Origin: Chiloscyllium plagiosum
Taxonomy: Eukaryota
Assembly: GCF_004010195.1 (NCBI RefSeq)
Contig: NC_057751.1
Coordinates: 18,677,543-18,741,542 of the forward strand
Length of the DNA: 64,000 bases
Direction: 5' to 3'
Part shown: positions 24,240-36,910 of the stretch, one piece after another
Numbering within the stretch: the first letter of the stretch is position 1
Layout of the letters: each line of letters begins with the position of its first letter
Notes under the pieces: generated by a model
Told to the model about the DNA's origin: nothing
Seen by the model: the letters and a program-made list of their open reading frames with translations, nothing else
The model's database searches: none
Position numbers and translations under genes: made by a program

Positions 24240-25230
24240 TAATATAAATAACAAACAGTACAGGTCCGAGCACTGAGCTCTGTGGTATGCTGCTGGTCAG
24301 TTTTCCAATTACAAAAACAACTGTGCACCACCACTCTTTGCCACCAATTTCGGATCCAATTGCTATTGCATTGAATCCCATTGGCTTTTACCTCTTGGAC
24401 CAGCCTTCCATGTTGGACTTTGTCAAAGGCCTTATTGAAGTACATGTAGACCATATTAACAGCACTATGCTCATCAGCTTTTTTAGTCACCTTTTCAAAA
24501 ATCTCAATTGAATTTGTCAGGCAGGATTGCCCTCTTGAAAAATAAAAATCCGTGCTGACTAGCCCTGATCAATTCCTGCCTTTCCACTTATTGATTAATC
24601 CTGCCCTTCAGAATTTTTCCAATAATTTCCCTACCACTGATGTCAGGCTAATTGATCTGTAATTACCTGGCCTATCCCTGCTGCTCTTCTTGAATAAAGG
24701 AACCATATTAACTATTTTCCAATCATCTGGTACTTCACTTGTGGCCAGCAAGGTATTAAGTATCTCTGTTTTGGGCAAAAGCCCTTCATCAGGGCTTTTG
24801 CCCAAAACGTCAAATTTGCTCGGATGTTAACTGAACTGCTGTGCTTCTCCAGCGCCAATCTAATCTTGACTCTGATCTCCAGCATCTGTAGTACCCACTT
24901 CTGTCCTATTAAGTATCTCTGCCAGGGCCCCAGCAATCTCCTCCCTTGCCTCCCATAGGAGCCTGGGGTACATCTCATCAGGCCCCGTGGATTTGTGCAC
25001 ATCCTCCTCCTTAATTAATATTAACATGTTCTATAACCTCACCAACCCACCTGAAATCCTCAGCTACAACGTCTTTCTCCTCTGTGAACACAGATGAAAA
25101 GTATTAATCTAAGACTTCATCCATATCCACTGGCTCTATGCACATGTGGCTCTCTAATCGGTCCCACCCTTTTCTTGGTAATTCTTTTACTTTTAACATA
25201 CTTATAAAAAGTCTTTGGGGTTTTCTTGAT
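24240..25230 (-). mobile_element. CR1 RT fragment hosting a mini PLE insertion
   Basis: PDDWKIVNMVPLFKK..PGNYRSISLTSVVGKLLE and FNKAFDKV. Confidence 0.85.
24769..24906 (+). mobile_element. Minimal PLE terminal-repeat insertion with 5' foldback
   Basis: Perfect 15-bp TSD TATTAAGTATCTCTG at 24754-24768 and 24907-24921. Starts with an 18-bp inverted repeat. Confidence 0.85.
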
Positions 25231-25687
25231 CTGAAGATGACCTGATTCCTTTTGATGGTGCATTGCCACTGGTCTCATGCATACCATTCCCCAATATTAA
25301 CTGAGGTAACTTACTGAACCTTACAATGGTAACAGAATTACTGGTGTCCCAAGTGCCAATCAATGTGAATAGCTAGTGCTACATTGGTAGGTTGCAATCT
25401 TGACCTCCTTCTCTTCCTCAGATTTGACTGCAGATGATATGCACTGCAGGTTCAAAACTCTCTGCTGTACAGTATTGAACAAAGCACAGCACACAGTGAC
25501 CACTCTAGACATCCAGTTGGTTTTTGCCTGAAGATCTGTCCAGATCAATATGGCATAATACTGTACAGGTACATGTCCATCCCATGATTGAAGACTGCTG
25601 ACAATCATGAAAAGCTGCAGTTGTCTGGGTCTATGCTAAGCAGCATGTCAATACTGAAGTACTGTGAGCATTGCAGAGAATGCAAGG

Positions 25688-25832
25688 TAAGCGACCCCCA
25701 CCTCTGACCCTACTAAAACATTTAAACCCTGGAACCTGCAACAGCCAATCCTGTCCCTGTTCTACACATGTCTCTGTAATAGCCACAACATCGAAGTCCC
25801 AGGTACCAACCCACGCTGCAAGTTCACCTACC
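25688..25832 (-). mobile_element. CR1 endonuclease N-terminal fragment
   Basis: KVGELAAWVGTWDFDVVAITETCVEQGQDWLLQVPGFKCF. Confidence 0.8.
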
Positions 25833-26844
25833 TTATCATTAACCTCATGCTGCCACACTTTCCATTTGTATATAAGGAAAGGCATAATATCTTCGACGGC
25901 ATCCCTGTGGATAATACCCACGCTGTCCTGATTTATGCAGCCACCGACTGTTCTGTCTGGTTCTCCATCACCTTCACCTTTGATCAATTTGTGGCCATTT
26001 TTGCCCGATTTCTGAAAATTAAATATTGCAATATGACAACAATGGCGTTGGTTCTGGGAATTCTGACTGGATTGAGCTGTTTGAAGAATATTTTCTGGTA
26101 TTTTATGTTCAAAGGTCAGTATTATCCGAGGGTAAAAAAACATGGTTTTGTTGCATCATAAGAGATGTCAAGTTTTCTCAGGTGTCAATTGAGTTCTTCC
26201 ATTACATAGTAAGACCAGGAGTTCTCTTTATTCGTATTCTGCTTTTCACTCTTTTAACGGTCAGAATATTATAGTGACCAACAAAACCGGCAAGAGACTC
26301 CAGCATTAAAGGAATAGGAAGAGCGCCAGATACCCAGAGATGAAAGATCGAATGAATTCCATCATTTTATTGTTTCACATCGCAGGGAATTTTCTACTGT
26401 TGTCAGTATCAATGGTATTTTCAATAAATTGGAGAACGGTAAGTTTGGGATATCAATTCATTGATCTACCTCTTTGCGTAATGGGACTGGGCTACATGCT
26501 CCAGGAGCTCAGTCGCTGCACAAACACTGCAATGTATGTCATCATATATCCTAAGTTCAGAGAACAGTTGAATAATATGTTCAACTATCCCTTTACTCCA
26601 CTTGTTAGTTGGATTAAACGTTGAGACTGACTGAAAAATTACACCATCAACAATCAATTCCGCAGCTATTTCTATGCAATCTGTACTCTCTGTGTCTGAT
26701 TTGTAGACATCTGTGAAACTCGGTTATATGTCTAGTACCTCTGATTTGTGAGTGTTGCCTCTCTAAATTGCCTGTGCAGCGTATTTTTCTGCATACTAAT
26801 TGGTTGCGTTGTAACAATACTGAGGTTGTTTGCTGTACCAAGTG

Positions 26845-26906
26845 TTGTGTGTGTGCGTGTGAGTGTGCGTGTGTATGTGTATGTGTGTGTGCGTGTGTGT
26901 GTGAGT
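26845..26906. repeat. Imperfect (GT)n microsatellite
   Basis: Direct reading. Confidence 0.9.
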
Positions 26907-27783
26907 GACGTTTGCACATTCTCCCTGGGTCTGCACAAAATCATAAGATAGAGCATAAGACAAGCTTTAGTAACATGGGCAATGATCCAGAGTGATCACA
27001 AAGTGGTGTAATGTCGTTTCATTTCGAGATTGATAAACTTAGCAATGAAACGAATCTATAATTTTAAATAAAACAAGTAAAAACATGTGAAAGTACACTT
27101 CCTTATGGTGGACTGAAATGTCCAAAAAAAGAGGAAAATCAGGCGCTAAATTGGGAGAAGGGAGAAGGGAGGAAGAATCATCACCAGTGAAGAACATGTA
27201 TTGTACTGCAATGAAAGAAATGGATGGCAAAAGGATTATGGAATAGTGGGAAATTAGAACCTGGCAACGATACTGTCTTGAACAGCTAATGTAGATGAAA
27301 TGGTGAATATTACTTCTATTGGTGCTGTATGAAGCCTGTGATTCTATCGGGAAAATTAAGTGGGCAAAACATTTAACAGTTCCCTGCACCAGAAAATTTG
27401 TATTGTACAATCTTAAACTAAGTGACGGAAAAAGTCGTGCAAGTTATGGTTTCATTTATCTAAATTCCTTTGTTCTAGCAAGGGCCCAGTTGATTTGAGA
27501 AACAGAATATCAGCTAGTATCATCTTACAAAAGGCTTAGTTTCAAGTAGTAAGTTAAGGCCGTTAAGCTCAATGCCTGGTTTGCTCCCTTTGAACTATGT
27601 GAGAATCCAGGCTCATTTCCAGTTCCCAGGTCCGGGATGTGAGCAGGAAAAGACTCCAAGTGCAACTCCTGAGAGCCCGTAGTTTGGAACTGGAGTGGCC
27701 CATGGGAACACCATGGAACATTCACTGAGCGAATCACCTCTGTCAAGTCACCTCTCTTCCTTCTCTACAGTAAGAAACACGAT

Positions 27784-28114
27784 GGGCGGCACGGTGGCAC
27801 AGTGGTTAGCACTGCTGCCTCACAGCGGCAGAGACCCGCGTTCAACTCCCGCCTCAGGCGACTCTCTGTGTGGAGTTTTCACATTCTCCCCGTGTCTGCG
27901 TGGGTTTCCTCCGGGTGCTCCGGTTTCCTCCCACAATCCAAAAATGTGCAGGTTAGGTGAATTGGCCATGCTAAATTGCCCGTAGTGTTAGGTGAAGGGG
28001 TGAATGTAGGAGTATGGCTCTGGGTGGTGTACGCTTCGGAGGGTCGGTGTGGACTTGTTGGGCCGAAGGGCCTGTTTCCACACTGTAAGTAATCTAATCT
28101 AATCTAATCTAATC
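27784..28114 (+). mobile_element. Full-length HE1-type V-SINE
   Basis: A box TGGCACAGTGG, B box GTTCAACTCC, V-domain, CR1-like 3' end and (TAATC)n tail. Confidence 0.92.
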
Positions 28115-28169
28115 ATAGCTCACTCAACCTGAACTACCGGTGCTGTGAGGCTGCAGCGCTAACCACTGA

Positions 28170-29700
28170 GCCATCATACCGTCCATGCAGCATCCTGGTA
28201 AATTCCCTCTTCCCCCCCCCACAGCCTTTTTATAAAAAGAAAACCAGAAATGGCCGCAATATTCCAAGGGTGGTTTGACAAGAGTTTAATAGACCTGCAG
28301 CAAAACCGTGCTGCTCTTAAACCCAAACCCCCGTTAATGAAAGACAATACATCATGCGGCTTCTGAACAAGTTGGGTGGCAAATTTTTGGGATCGATGCA
28401 CATGGGCCCCAAGATCACGCTGTTCATCCTCACGGCCTGTAATCTTATCTTTGACTGTGTATTCAACGTTCAAATTCGACCTTCCAAAATAAATCACTTA
28501 ACATTTATCAAGGTAGAACTCCATCTGTGTCTTCTCAGCCAAGCTCTGCATCCTGTCAATGTCTTGTTGGATCCAGCAACATCCCCTGACACTATTTACA
28601 ACAGCAACAACCTTTGTGTCTTCGGTAAACTTACTAACTCATTCTTCCACTATTTCAAACAAGTCATTTATAAAAAGAAAATAAAAAGCAGACGCCCAAG
28701 ACCAGATTCCTGAGGGGCACCACTGAAAATGACCACCAGGTGGAATACTTTCCATACACTGCCACATTTTCTTCACGCCAGCCATTTCTGTACCAGAAAG
28801 CCAAAATCCCCTGTGTCTCATACCTCCTAACGTTCTAAATGAGCTACCGTGGGGAACCTTATTAAATACCTCACTGAAATTCTTTTATACCACATCCACT
28901 GCTTAACCTCCGTCAACTTATCTCATCACATCCTCAAAGAACGCAATAAGGCTGGTGACGCATGACCTACCCCTCACAAAGCCACGTTGACTATCTTTAA
29001 ACAAACAATGTACTTTAAAATAGTCGGAATCCTTACCACAGACGTAAGACTGACTGGTCTGCAATTCCCAACAGAGGAAGAAAATCTGCCTCCCTCCACA
29101 AATCTGGTACTACTTCTGATGCGAGTGAGGATGCAAAGGTTAACGCCAGAAGGACAGCAATCTCATTCCTCACTTCCAGTAGTAACCCTGGATATATGTG
29201 GGGACCGTTTATCTTGATGCTTCCCAACGTTCCAGCTTATCCATTTTCTTAATATCAATCTGTTCAAGCATATTATCATGGGCCACGGTGTTCTCACTAT
29301 CATTATGGTTACTTTCTCAAGTAAATACTGAAGCAAAAATCACACTTAGTGGCACACCACCTCTTCAGACTCCAGGCACAAGTTCCCTCACTGCCCCTGA
29401 TTGGCCCTACCCTCAATCTGATCTTTATCTTGTTCCTCTCCTTAGTGTAGAACACATTTGGGTTTCTCGGATTCTTTCCTGCCCGGGATTTTTCCTACCC
29501 ATTCTAGCTCTCTTCAACCCATTTTTGAGTTCGTTTCTAGCTACCATGTACTCCTCTAGAGATGTGCCAGATTAGTCATTCCTCAATCTTAAGTAAGCTT
29601 CTTTCTTCCTCTTGATGAGAAGCTCCTCTTCTCTTGTCATGCAAGGTTCCTTCACTTTACTATTCCTTGTCAGTCATAGTTGGTCAAACTTATCCAACTT
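28170..29700 (-). mobile_element. CR1 LINE RT fragment, decayed
   Basis: EQRDLGAHVHRS and SEVVPDLWR.., with a GAPQES-type RT segment. Confidence 0.8.
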
Positions 29701-29867
29701 GTCAAGTTCTTTTCCCTAGGACAGGAGAGTGCAAATCTAGAGGTCACTGGTTTATGGTGAGAGGGAAAATATTTTAAAAGGAGTAATGAAGTGATAACTT
29801 TATCACAAATTTTTTTTCAAGGTGGGTATCGTTGGGAGATGCATTGCAGTAAGTTTATAATCAACTA

Positions 29868-30256
29868 TGAGAAACTGAGAGCTACAGATGCTGGAGATTA
29901 GAGTCAAAAAGTATGGCGCTGGAACAAAATACAGCCAATCAGGCAGCATTCGTGGAGCAAGAACATCGACGTTTCGAGCATAAGCTCTTCATCAGGAATT
30001 TATCTTCCAAGGATGCCCACCTTGACGAAGATCTCCTCCTCCCTCAAGGATCTCAGTGAGTCTCCCTCTCACTGCTCCCCTCGCGAGCTTGAAACTCTGG
30101 CCATTTATTTCTGATCCACCTTGGCAACACCTCCAAACTCCCACATTCCTGATGAAGAGCTTCCCCTGCTCCTCTTATGTTGATTAACCAGCTGTGATTT
30201 TCAAGCACCCCACACTTTTTGACTGTGATCCCAGGTATCTGAATCCTCACTTTTTC
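29868..30256. mobile_element. Internally deleted PLE with inverted terminal repeats
   Basis: Both ends are opposite-orientation PLE terminal repeats. Hammerhead motif on the minus strand at 29965-29999. Confidence 0.75.
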
Positions 30257-31184
30257 ATAGTTTCTTTGCAGATAAGGGGATGTCCAGGCAGCAAGAGCCC
30301 TTTAAATGAGTGATAGCTGGAGTTGAAGGCGCATATGTTCATGTGAGGGTGAAGGGCAGAGTAGGAAGGAATAGGAACCCTGGATGACAATTGAGATTGA
30401 CCTTTCGATCAGAAAAAAAGAGGAATGGATCAGATACAGGCTTCTGGGATCACGGGAATCTGAAGGTAGCGAGGGGATACAGGAATGTACTGAAAAAAAA
30501 AGAAACAGTATGGCAAAAAGGGGGCACAAAATAGGCTTGGTTGAGAAAATTAATCTGAATACAAGGAGATGCTTTAAGGATATAAAAGGAAAAAGAATAA
30601 AGGGGGAGAGAATGGAAACCCTACAGATCAGAAGTTAACAAGTCTGGAAAAACCACAGCAAATAGGGTGAGATCGTGAATGAATATTTCTCCTTCGTGTA
30701 TACCATGGAGAGGGACATGAAAACCTGTGAACTTGGGGAAGTTGGAAGTGATACCTTAGGGAGAGTTCATATCATGGTAGTGGAGTTTTTGGACGTATTA
30801 GAATATATGAAAGTGGGTAGATCGCCTGGTCATGACTAGATATTTCCAAACACACTGCAAGAGTTGGCAGAACCCATTGCGAGGGCCCTGGATGATATAT
30901 TTGCACCATCAGTAGCACCGAGTGAGAATCCAGGGGACTGGATTGTAGCAAACATTGTGACATTATCAAAGAAGGGCTGTGAAGAGAAACCTGGGAACAA
31001 AATACCAAGAGGTCTAGCGTCTTTGGTAGGTAAGTTACTTGAGAAGATTCTGAGAGATAACGCATACATGCATTTGGAAAGACAAGGTCGGATTAGGAGT
31101 AGTCAACAAGGCCTTGTTTGTGGCAGATCATGCCTCACAAATTTGTTAGATTTCTTTGATGAAGTAAATAGGATGTTGACAAGA

Positions 31185-31526
31185 TTCTGGATTAGTGGTG
31201 CTGGAAGAGCACAGCCGTTCAGGCAGCATCCGAGGAGCAGTAAAATCGACGTTTCGGGCAAAAGCTCTTCATCAGGAATACAGCTTTATCGACGTTTCGG
31301 GCAAAAGCCCTTCATCAGGAATACAGGCAGAGTACCTGAAGGGTGGAGAGATAAATGAGAGGGGTGTGGCGGCGGGGAGAAAGTAGCATAGAGGTATTCC
31401 TGATGAAGGACTTTTGCCCGAAACGTCGATTTTACTGCTCCTCGGATGCTGCCTGAACTGCTGTGCTCTTCCATCACCACTAATCCAGAACCTGGTTTCC
31501 AGCATCTGCAGGCATTGTTTTTACCT
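31185..31526. mobile_element. Palindromic PLE-derived mini-element, copy 1
   Basis: Inverted arms of ~100-130 bp around a purine-rich spacer. TSD AGGAT[G/A]TTGACAAGA at 31170-31184 and 31530-31544. Confidence 0.85.
31288..31323 (-). ncRNA. Minimal hammerhead ribozyme motif (second of two tandem copies)
   Basis: AUUC-CUGAUGA-A-GGGC(UUUU)GCCC-GAA-ACGU-C-GAU. Confidence 0.6.
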
Positions 31527-32276
31527 ACCAGGATATTGACAAGAGCAGAGCAGTCGATGAAGTCAATATTGATTTAGGTAAGGCCTTTCATGTGGTTTTA
31601 AACAGCAGACTGCTCTGGAAGATTAGATCGAATGGAATCCAGGGCTAACGGATTGGAGAAGGTCTGGAGTCTTGCATGGGCTGGCTGAGGAATGGAAGAA
31701 GGAGACATGTTAATACTATCCACAGCTGAGCTGGTGCAGGTTGTACCGATAAAGGAAGTGAATTACTCACTGTGGTATTCTCAGCCTTTTGATTGCGCTT
31801 TTAGCCGTTGTATTTATATGTTGAATCCAGTCATGTTTATCGTCAACACTAACCCCCGGGACGTGGCGAATTCAGTTCCAATGATGCAGCAAATAGTTGA
31901 ACATATTTTAGGGAAAAAGGTGCATTTTCATTACAGTAGCTGCGGGCAAATTGGATGGTATGAAGCAGAAGGAAACAGTAGAGGGATTTGTGTTGGACTG
32001 GAGGCCTGTGAACAGTGGAGTTACTCAGGTGTCCTTGGTGAATCCATTACAGGTTGTTGTCGATATCAGTGATTTGGATGAAAATGTTCAACGAATGAAA
32101 GGACAAAGTAACCTGGAGGGGTCCCAGTTTGCAGATGACACTAAAATAGTATGGATCGTTGACAGTAAGGAAGGTTGCCATAAATTGCAGTAGGACTCGA
32201 CCAGCTGGGGAAGTGGGCTGAGAAAGTCTAACCGAAGTTTAATGTAGATAAGTGTGAGGTTTTGCATTTTGGAAAG

Positions 32277-32573
32277 GTAAAAACAGTGACTGCAGATGCT
32301 GGAAACCAGATTCTGGATTACTGGTGCTAGAAAAGCACAGCAGTTCAGGCAGCATCCGAGGAGCAGTAAAATCGACGTTTCGGGCAAAAGTCCTTAATCA
32401 GGAATACAGGCAGAGTACCTGAAGGGTGGAGAGATAAATGAGAGGAGTGTGGCGGTGGGAAGAAAGTAGCATAGAGGTATTCCTGATAAAGGGCTTTTGC
32501 CCGAAACGTCGATTTTACTGCTCCTCTGATGCTGTCTGAACTGCTGTGCTTTTCCAGCACCACTAATTCAGAA
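32277..32573. mobile_element. Palindromic PLE-derived mini-element, copy 2
   Basis: Same spacer and junction as copy 1. TSD TTTGC[A/C]TTTTGGAAAG at 32261-32276 and 32574-32589. Confidence 0.85.
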
Positions 32574-33519
32574 TTTGCCTTTTGGAAAGTCAAGTCAAGG
32601 TCGGAGTTTCATGGAGAATGATATGGACTCAAGGAGTGTAGTGGAACAGAGGCACCTTAGAGTTCAGGTACACTGGTGGACAAGACAGTGAAGAATGCTT
32701 GTGGCATATTGGTCTTCAGTCAGGGCATTAAGTACAGAATTTGGAAAGTCATGTTATAATTAGAAAGGACTTTGGTTACCCACACTTGAAGTATTGTGTT
32801 CAGTTTTGGTTGTGTTGCTTCAGGAAGGATGTTATTAAACTGGAAATAGTGCAGAATAAATTTACAACGATGTTGCCGTGACTCAAGGGTTAAAGTACCA
32901 CTGAGAGTTTGGACAAACTAGGACAACTCTTTATGAGGAGGTAGGATACTGAGGCGGGATCTTATAGAAGTGTATAAGATCCTGAGAGGCATGGATAGGT
33001 GAATGCACTCAGTCTGTTTCCCAGGCTTGGAGAATTGAGGACGAGAGGTCACCAGTTTAAGGTTGCAGGGGAAAGAATAAAAGGGAATCTGAGGGATAAC
33101 GGTTTTGCACAGATGGTGGCACACAGATGGAATAAGTTACCAGCAGATGTTGAGATGTGTCGATTAACAAGATCGAAACGCATTTGGACCAATTAATGGG
33201 TAGGAATGGTTTAGATTGTTATAGACCAAGTATAGATAAATGAGATCTATACCGTCACTCTGAAAATTACTTCTATGACATCGTATCAATTACTCTGAAT
33301 CACTCCAAAATTTACTGACAGTATGCCATCGCAGTCCCTTCCTATCACTTAGTGCATTACCCCGTTGACGTGCTGTCAATCACTCCCTATCATAATGTAA
33401 ATGACGTCGTGTCGTCCTATCATTAGTTCCCCAAACACTCTGTTATTCCAAAGAAGTACTCTGAATCATTCTGTCTTATTTTTAATTAGTCCCCATGCCG
33501 TCCTACAACGAAACGGGTG

Positions 33520-34737
33520 GGCGAATTGTATTATTGATTAGGGATTACATCACAGCTGTGATTACATCATATGTCGGAGAGATCTTGCTGCTAGGATGTA
33601 TGAGTGGAGCTCAGATATAGGATGGATGAATTCCAATTTTTAGTGTGCTCTGTAGATCTCCCAACAGTGCATGGGAGATAGAGGAACAGCTGTGTCGTGA
33701 GATATTAGACAATTCTGGAGAAAGCAGTGTAGTTATGGTGACTTCAGCTTTCCTTTTACTGACTGGGATTCTCTTCGAAAGAGGGACTCGAATGGAGAGC
33801 ATGTTCTTAGATGTGCTCGTGAGGGAACCTTGAGACAGTATGTTGACAATACAACCAGAGAGGAGGCCCCATCAAACTTGTTATTCGGGAATGAGGCAGG
33901 TGACTTTGGTTTCAATAGGAGTGCCATTTTGGGCTTCGTCAGCATAACTCCACAAGATTTCGAGTAGTTATGTGCAAGGACAAGAGTGAGAGTGATTTTG
34001 GGGGATCATAAATTGCATTAAGGTAGAAAAGTCCGCAGGGCCAGATGGAATCTCTGCGAGGTGTCTGCGAGACACACGTGAAGAAATATTTTGGGCAGTA
34101 GCAGATGTCTTCACATTCTCTTTGAACATAGGTGAGCTTCCAGCCGACTGGAAATTAGCCAATACTGCTCCCTTGTTGAAGACAGGAAATAGTGATAGTC
34201 CAGGAAATTATAGGCCAATAAGCCTGACATCTGCGTTGGGAAGCTCTTGAAGAAGATACCGAGGAACAACATATATGCACATTTGGGCGAAAATGGAATA
34301 GTTAGTGACAGGCAACATGGTTTTCTATAGCAAAGGTCATCACCAACCGGATTAAACTTTTTGAAGAGGTGTCAAAGATAATTGATGAGGGAAGGGTTGT
34401 ATATGGACTTCAGTAAGTCATTTGATAACGTCTCACGTGGAGAAAAAAATAAAATCACACGGGATTCGGGATGTGTTCGGTGGACAGACACAAAATTGGC
34501 TTGAAAATAGAAGATACAAGGTTTTTTCAGAATGGAAAGGGTACGCTACTGGTGTTCTACTCAGATCAGTCTGAGGATTTCTGTTATTTATCATATGTTT
34601 AAAAATTCTGGAGGAACGTTTGGGTAGTCTTATTAATACGTTTGCCAATGAGGCGAATATTGATGAAGTTGTTAATAGTTCCAATGATTGTGAAAGGATG
34701 TTACAGAATGCATATGTGTCTGTGTGTGTATGTGTGC

Positions 34738-34774
<37 letters not shown>

Positions 34775-35430
34775 CACTGATGGACAAGATCTTAAAAACG
34801 GATTCTGGCATGCTTGCCTTTTGGACCAGGGCATCAAGTACAAGAGTTTACAAACTACGTTGTGGCCAAATAAGAGCCTTGCTCGGCCACATTTGGTTTA
34901 TTGAACGCAGTTCTGGTCTGAACACTGCCAGAAGGACGGAAAAACTTTTAAGATAGTGCAGAGAAGATTCATCAGGGTGTTGTCTGGTTTTGAGGGCATT
35001 GGTTATGAGTGAACGCTAAAAAGACCAGCACTGTTTTCACTTAAAAAAAAGACAGCTGAGAGGAGAACAGATAGAAGTCTACAAAAATTACGAGAGGCAT
35101 GGTTAGAGTTGAAGTTTTAAATACAAGGGTCCACTCATTGATGTTGAGAGGGGGAATGTTTAAAGGACATGTGTGGACATGTGCGAGGGAAGGTATTCAC
35201 ACAAAGAGTGGTAGGAGCCTGGAACCACGTCCTGCCAGACGAGGCAATGTAATCAGGCAAGGTGGCGATACTTAATAGGCATCTGGATGGTTACATGAGT
35301 AGAAAGGGAATACAGGGATATGGATAAAATAAGAGCAGAAGTTTATTTTAGTTTGGTTAGGGCATAATGATCGGTACAGTCTCGGAGGGCTGAAGGGCCT
35401 CTTTCTTTACTGTTCATATCTTTTGTTCTT
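33520..35430 (+). mobile_element. CR1 LINE, decayed, with an internal (TG)/(TA)n microsatellite at ~34715-34770
   Basis: LCRSPNSAWEIEEQLC, PADWKLAN, PGNYRPISLTS and MDFSK. Confidence 0.82.
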
Positions 35431-35591
35431 TTCTCATTTATTGCATATCACTATAAAATGCCCTCACGAGGCCCAGTCATTCATTCCCCATCACTATGTA
35501 AATTATTGCATGACGTCAATTATATCACTGTACAAATAAGGCATATGACACTCTTAAATGAATACTAAACAATCTGAATTTGCCCCATGAC

Positions 35592-36910
35592 ATAGAACGT
35601 AGAACATAGAACAATACAGCGCAGAACAGGCCCATCGACCCTCGATGTTGTGCTGACCTGTTAACTGCAATCTAAATCCATTCTCCTATACTATTCCATC
35701 ATCATCCATGTGTTTATTCAGGGATTGTTTAAATTTCGCTGATGTGACTGAGTTAACTACATTGGCAGGTAGGGAATTCAACACCCTTACCACATTTTGA
35801 GTAAAGAACCTACCTCTGACATCTGCCTTAAGTCTATCACCTCTCACTTTGTAGTTATGCATCATCGTGCAGGCTAACGTCATCGTCCTAGGGAAAAAAA
35901 AGTCTTTTACTTTCTACCCGAACTAACCCTCTGATCATCTTGTATGTTTCTATCAAATTGCCTCTTAGCCTTCTTCTTTCCAGTCCCAAGTCTCTCAGCC
36001 TTTCCTCATAAACCTTCCCTCCCAACCAGACAACATCCTAGTAAAGCTCCTTTCCTCTAATGTTTCCAGATCATTCCTGGAAACGAGACGAGAACTGTAC
36101 ACAGTATTAAAACTGCGGCCACAGCACTTTTTTTTTATATTGTAGCATGACATTATGGCTCCAGAACTAAATCCCTCTACCAATTAAACCCTAGCATGCC
36201 GTATGCCTTCTTAACAGCACTATCAACCTGGGTGGCATATTTGAGGCATCTACGTACATGGACTCCAAGATGTCTCTACACATCCATATTACCAAGAATC
36301 TTCCCACTTACCCAGTATTCTGCATTCCTGTTATTCTTCCCAAAGTGAATCACCTCACATTTAGCTGCATTGAACTCCATTTGCCACGTCTCAGCTCAAG
36401 TCTGCAGTTTATCCAAGTACCCTTGCAATTTGCAATGTTCTTCCACACTGGCCACCGCTCCACCGACTTTAGTGTCATCTGCAAACATACGAACGCATCC
36501 ACCTCTGCCTGTGTCTACGTTATTTGTAAAAATGACAAGCAGTCGTGTTCCCAAAACTGATCCTTGTAGCACACCACTAGTAACGGGACTCCAGCCTGAA
36601 TATTTTCCACCACTCGCTGCCTTTTTACAGAAAGCCAGTTTCAAATCCAAACTGCTAAATCACCCTCAATCCCATGTCTCTTCATTTTCTCCAGTAGTCT
36701 ACAATATGGAACTTTACCAAGGCTTTACTGAAATCCATGTACACCACGTCAATTGCCCGACTCGCATCCACCTGTTTGGTCACATTCTGGAAAAGCTCAA
36801 TAAGATTCGTGAGATATGACTTGCCCTTGACATGTTTACTATCTGCAATCAAATTATTGCTTACTAGATGATTATGAATCCGGTCTTTAATAATCCTTTC
36901 CAAAGCTTTC
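35592..36910 (-). mobile_element. CR1 LINE 3' portion
   Basis: (ATAGAAC) tail, SGVLQGSVLG, FADDTKVGG and VVYMDFSKA. Confidence 0.9.

Larger units (their letters stand above)
22618..26624 (+). pseudogene. GPR139-like pseudogene C (exon 2 equivalent) split in TM2 by ~3.1 kb of nested repeats
   Basis: 22618-22715 encodes TFVILSRKKCSL...MAMADLLVII. It resumes at ~25833 with IINLMLPH...ATDCSVWFSITFTFDQFVAI, then frameshifts, then PEMKDRMNSIILLF...GYMLQELSRCTNTAMY...KFREQL...YPF and a stop at 26624. Confidence 0.88.
30270..33240 (+). mobile_element. CR1 LINE (ORF2), decayed, hosting two palindromic PLE mini-elements
   Basis: PGDWIVANIVTL, GRSCLTNLLDFFDEV, FADDTKI and RTRGHQFKV. Confidence 0.88.

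Noticed and set aside
25631..26143. 170-aa minus-strand ORF as a novel fusion gene
   Set aside because: It is the antisense of pseudogene C running into a CR1 endonuclease fragment.
27784..27855. tRNA gene (A and B boxes)
   Set aside because: It is the tRNA-derived head of a V-SINE, continuing into the V-domain and LINE-like tail.
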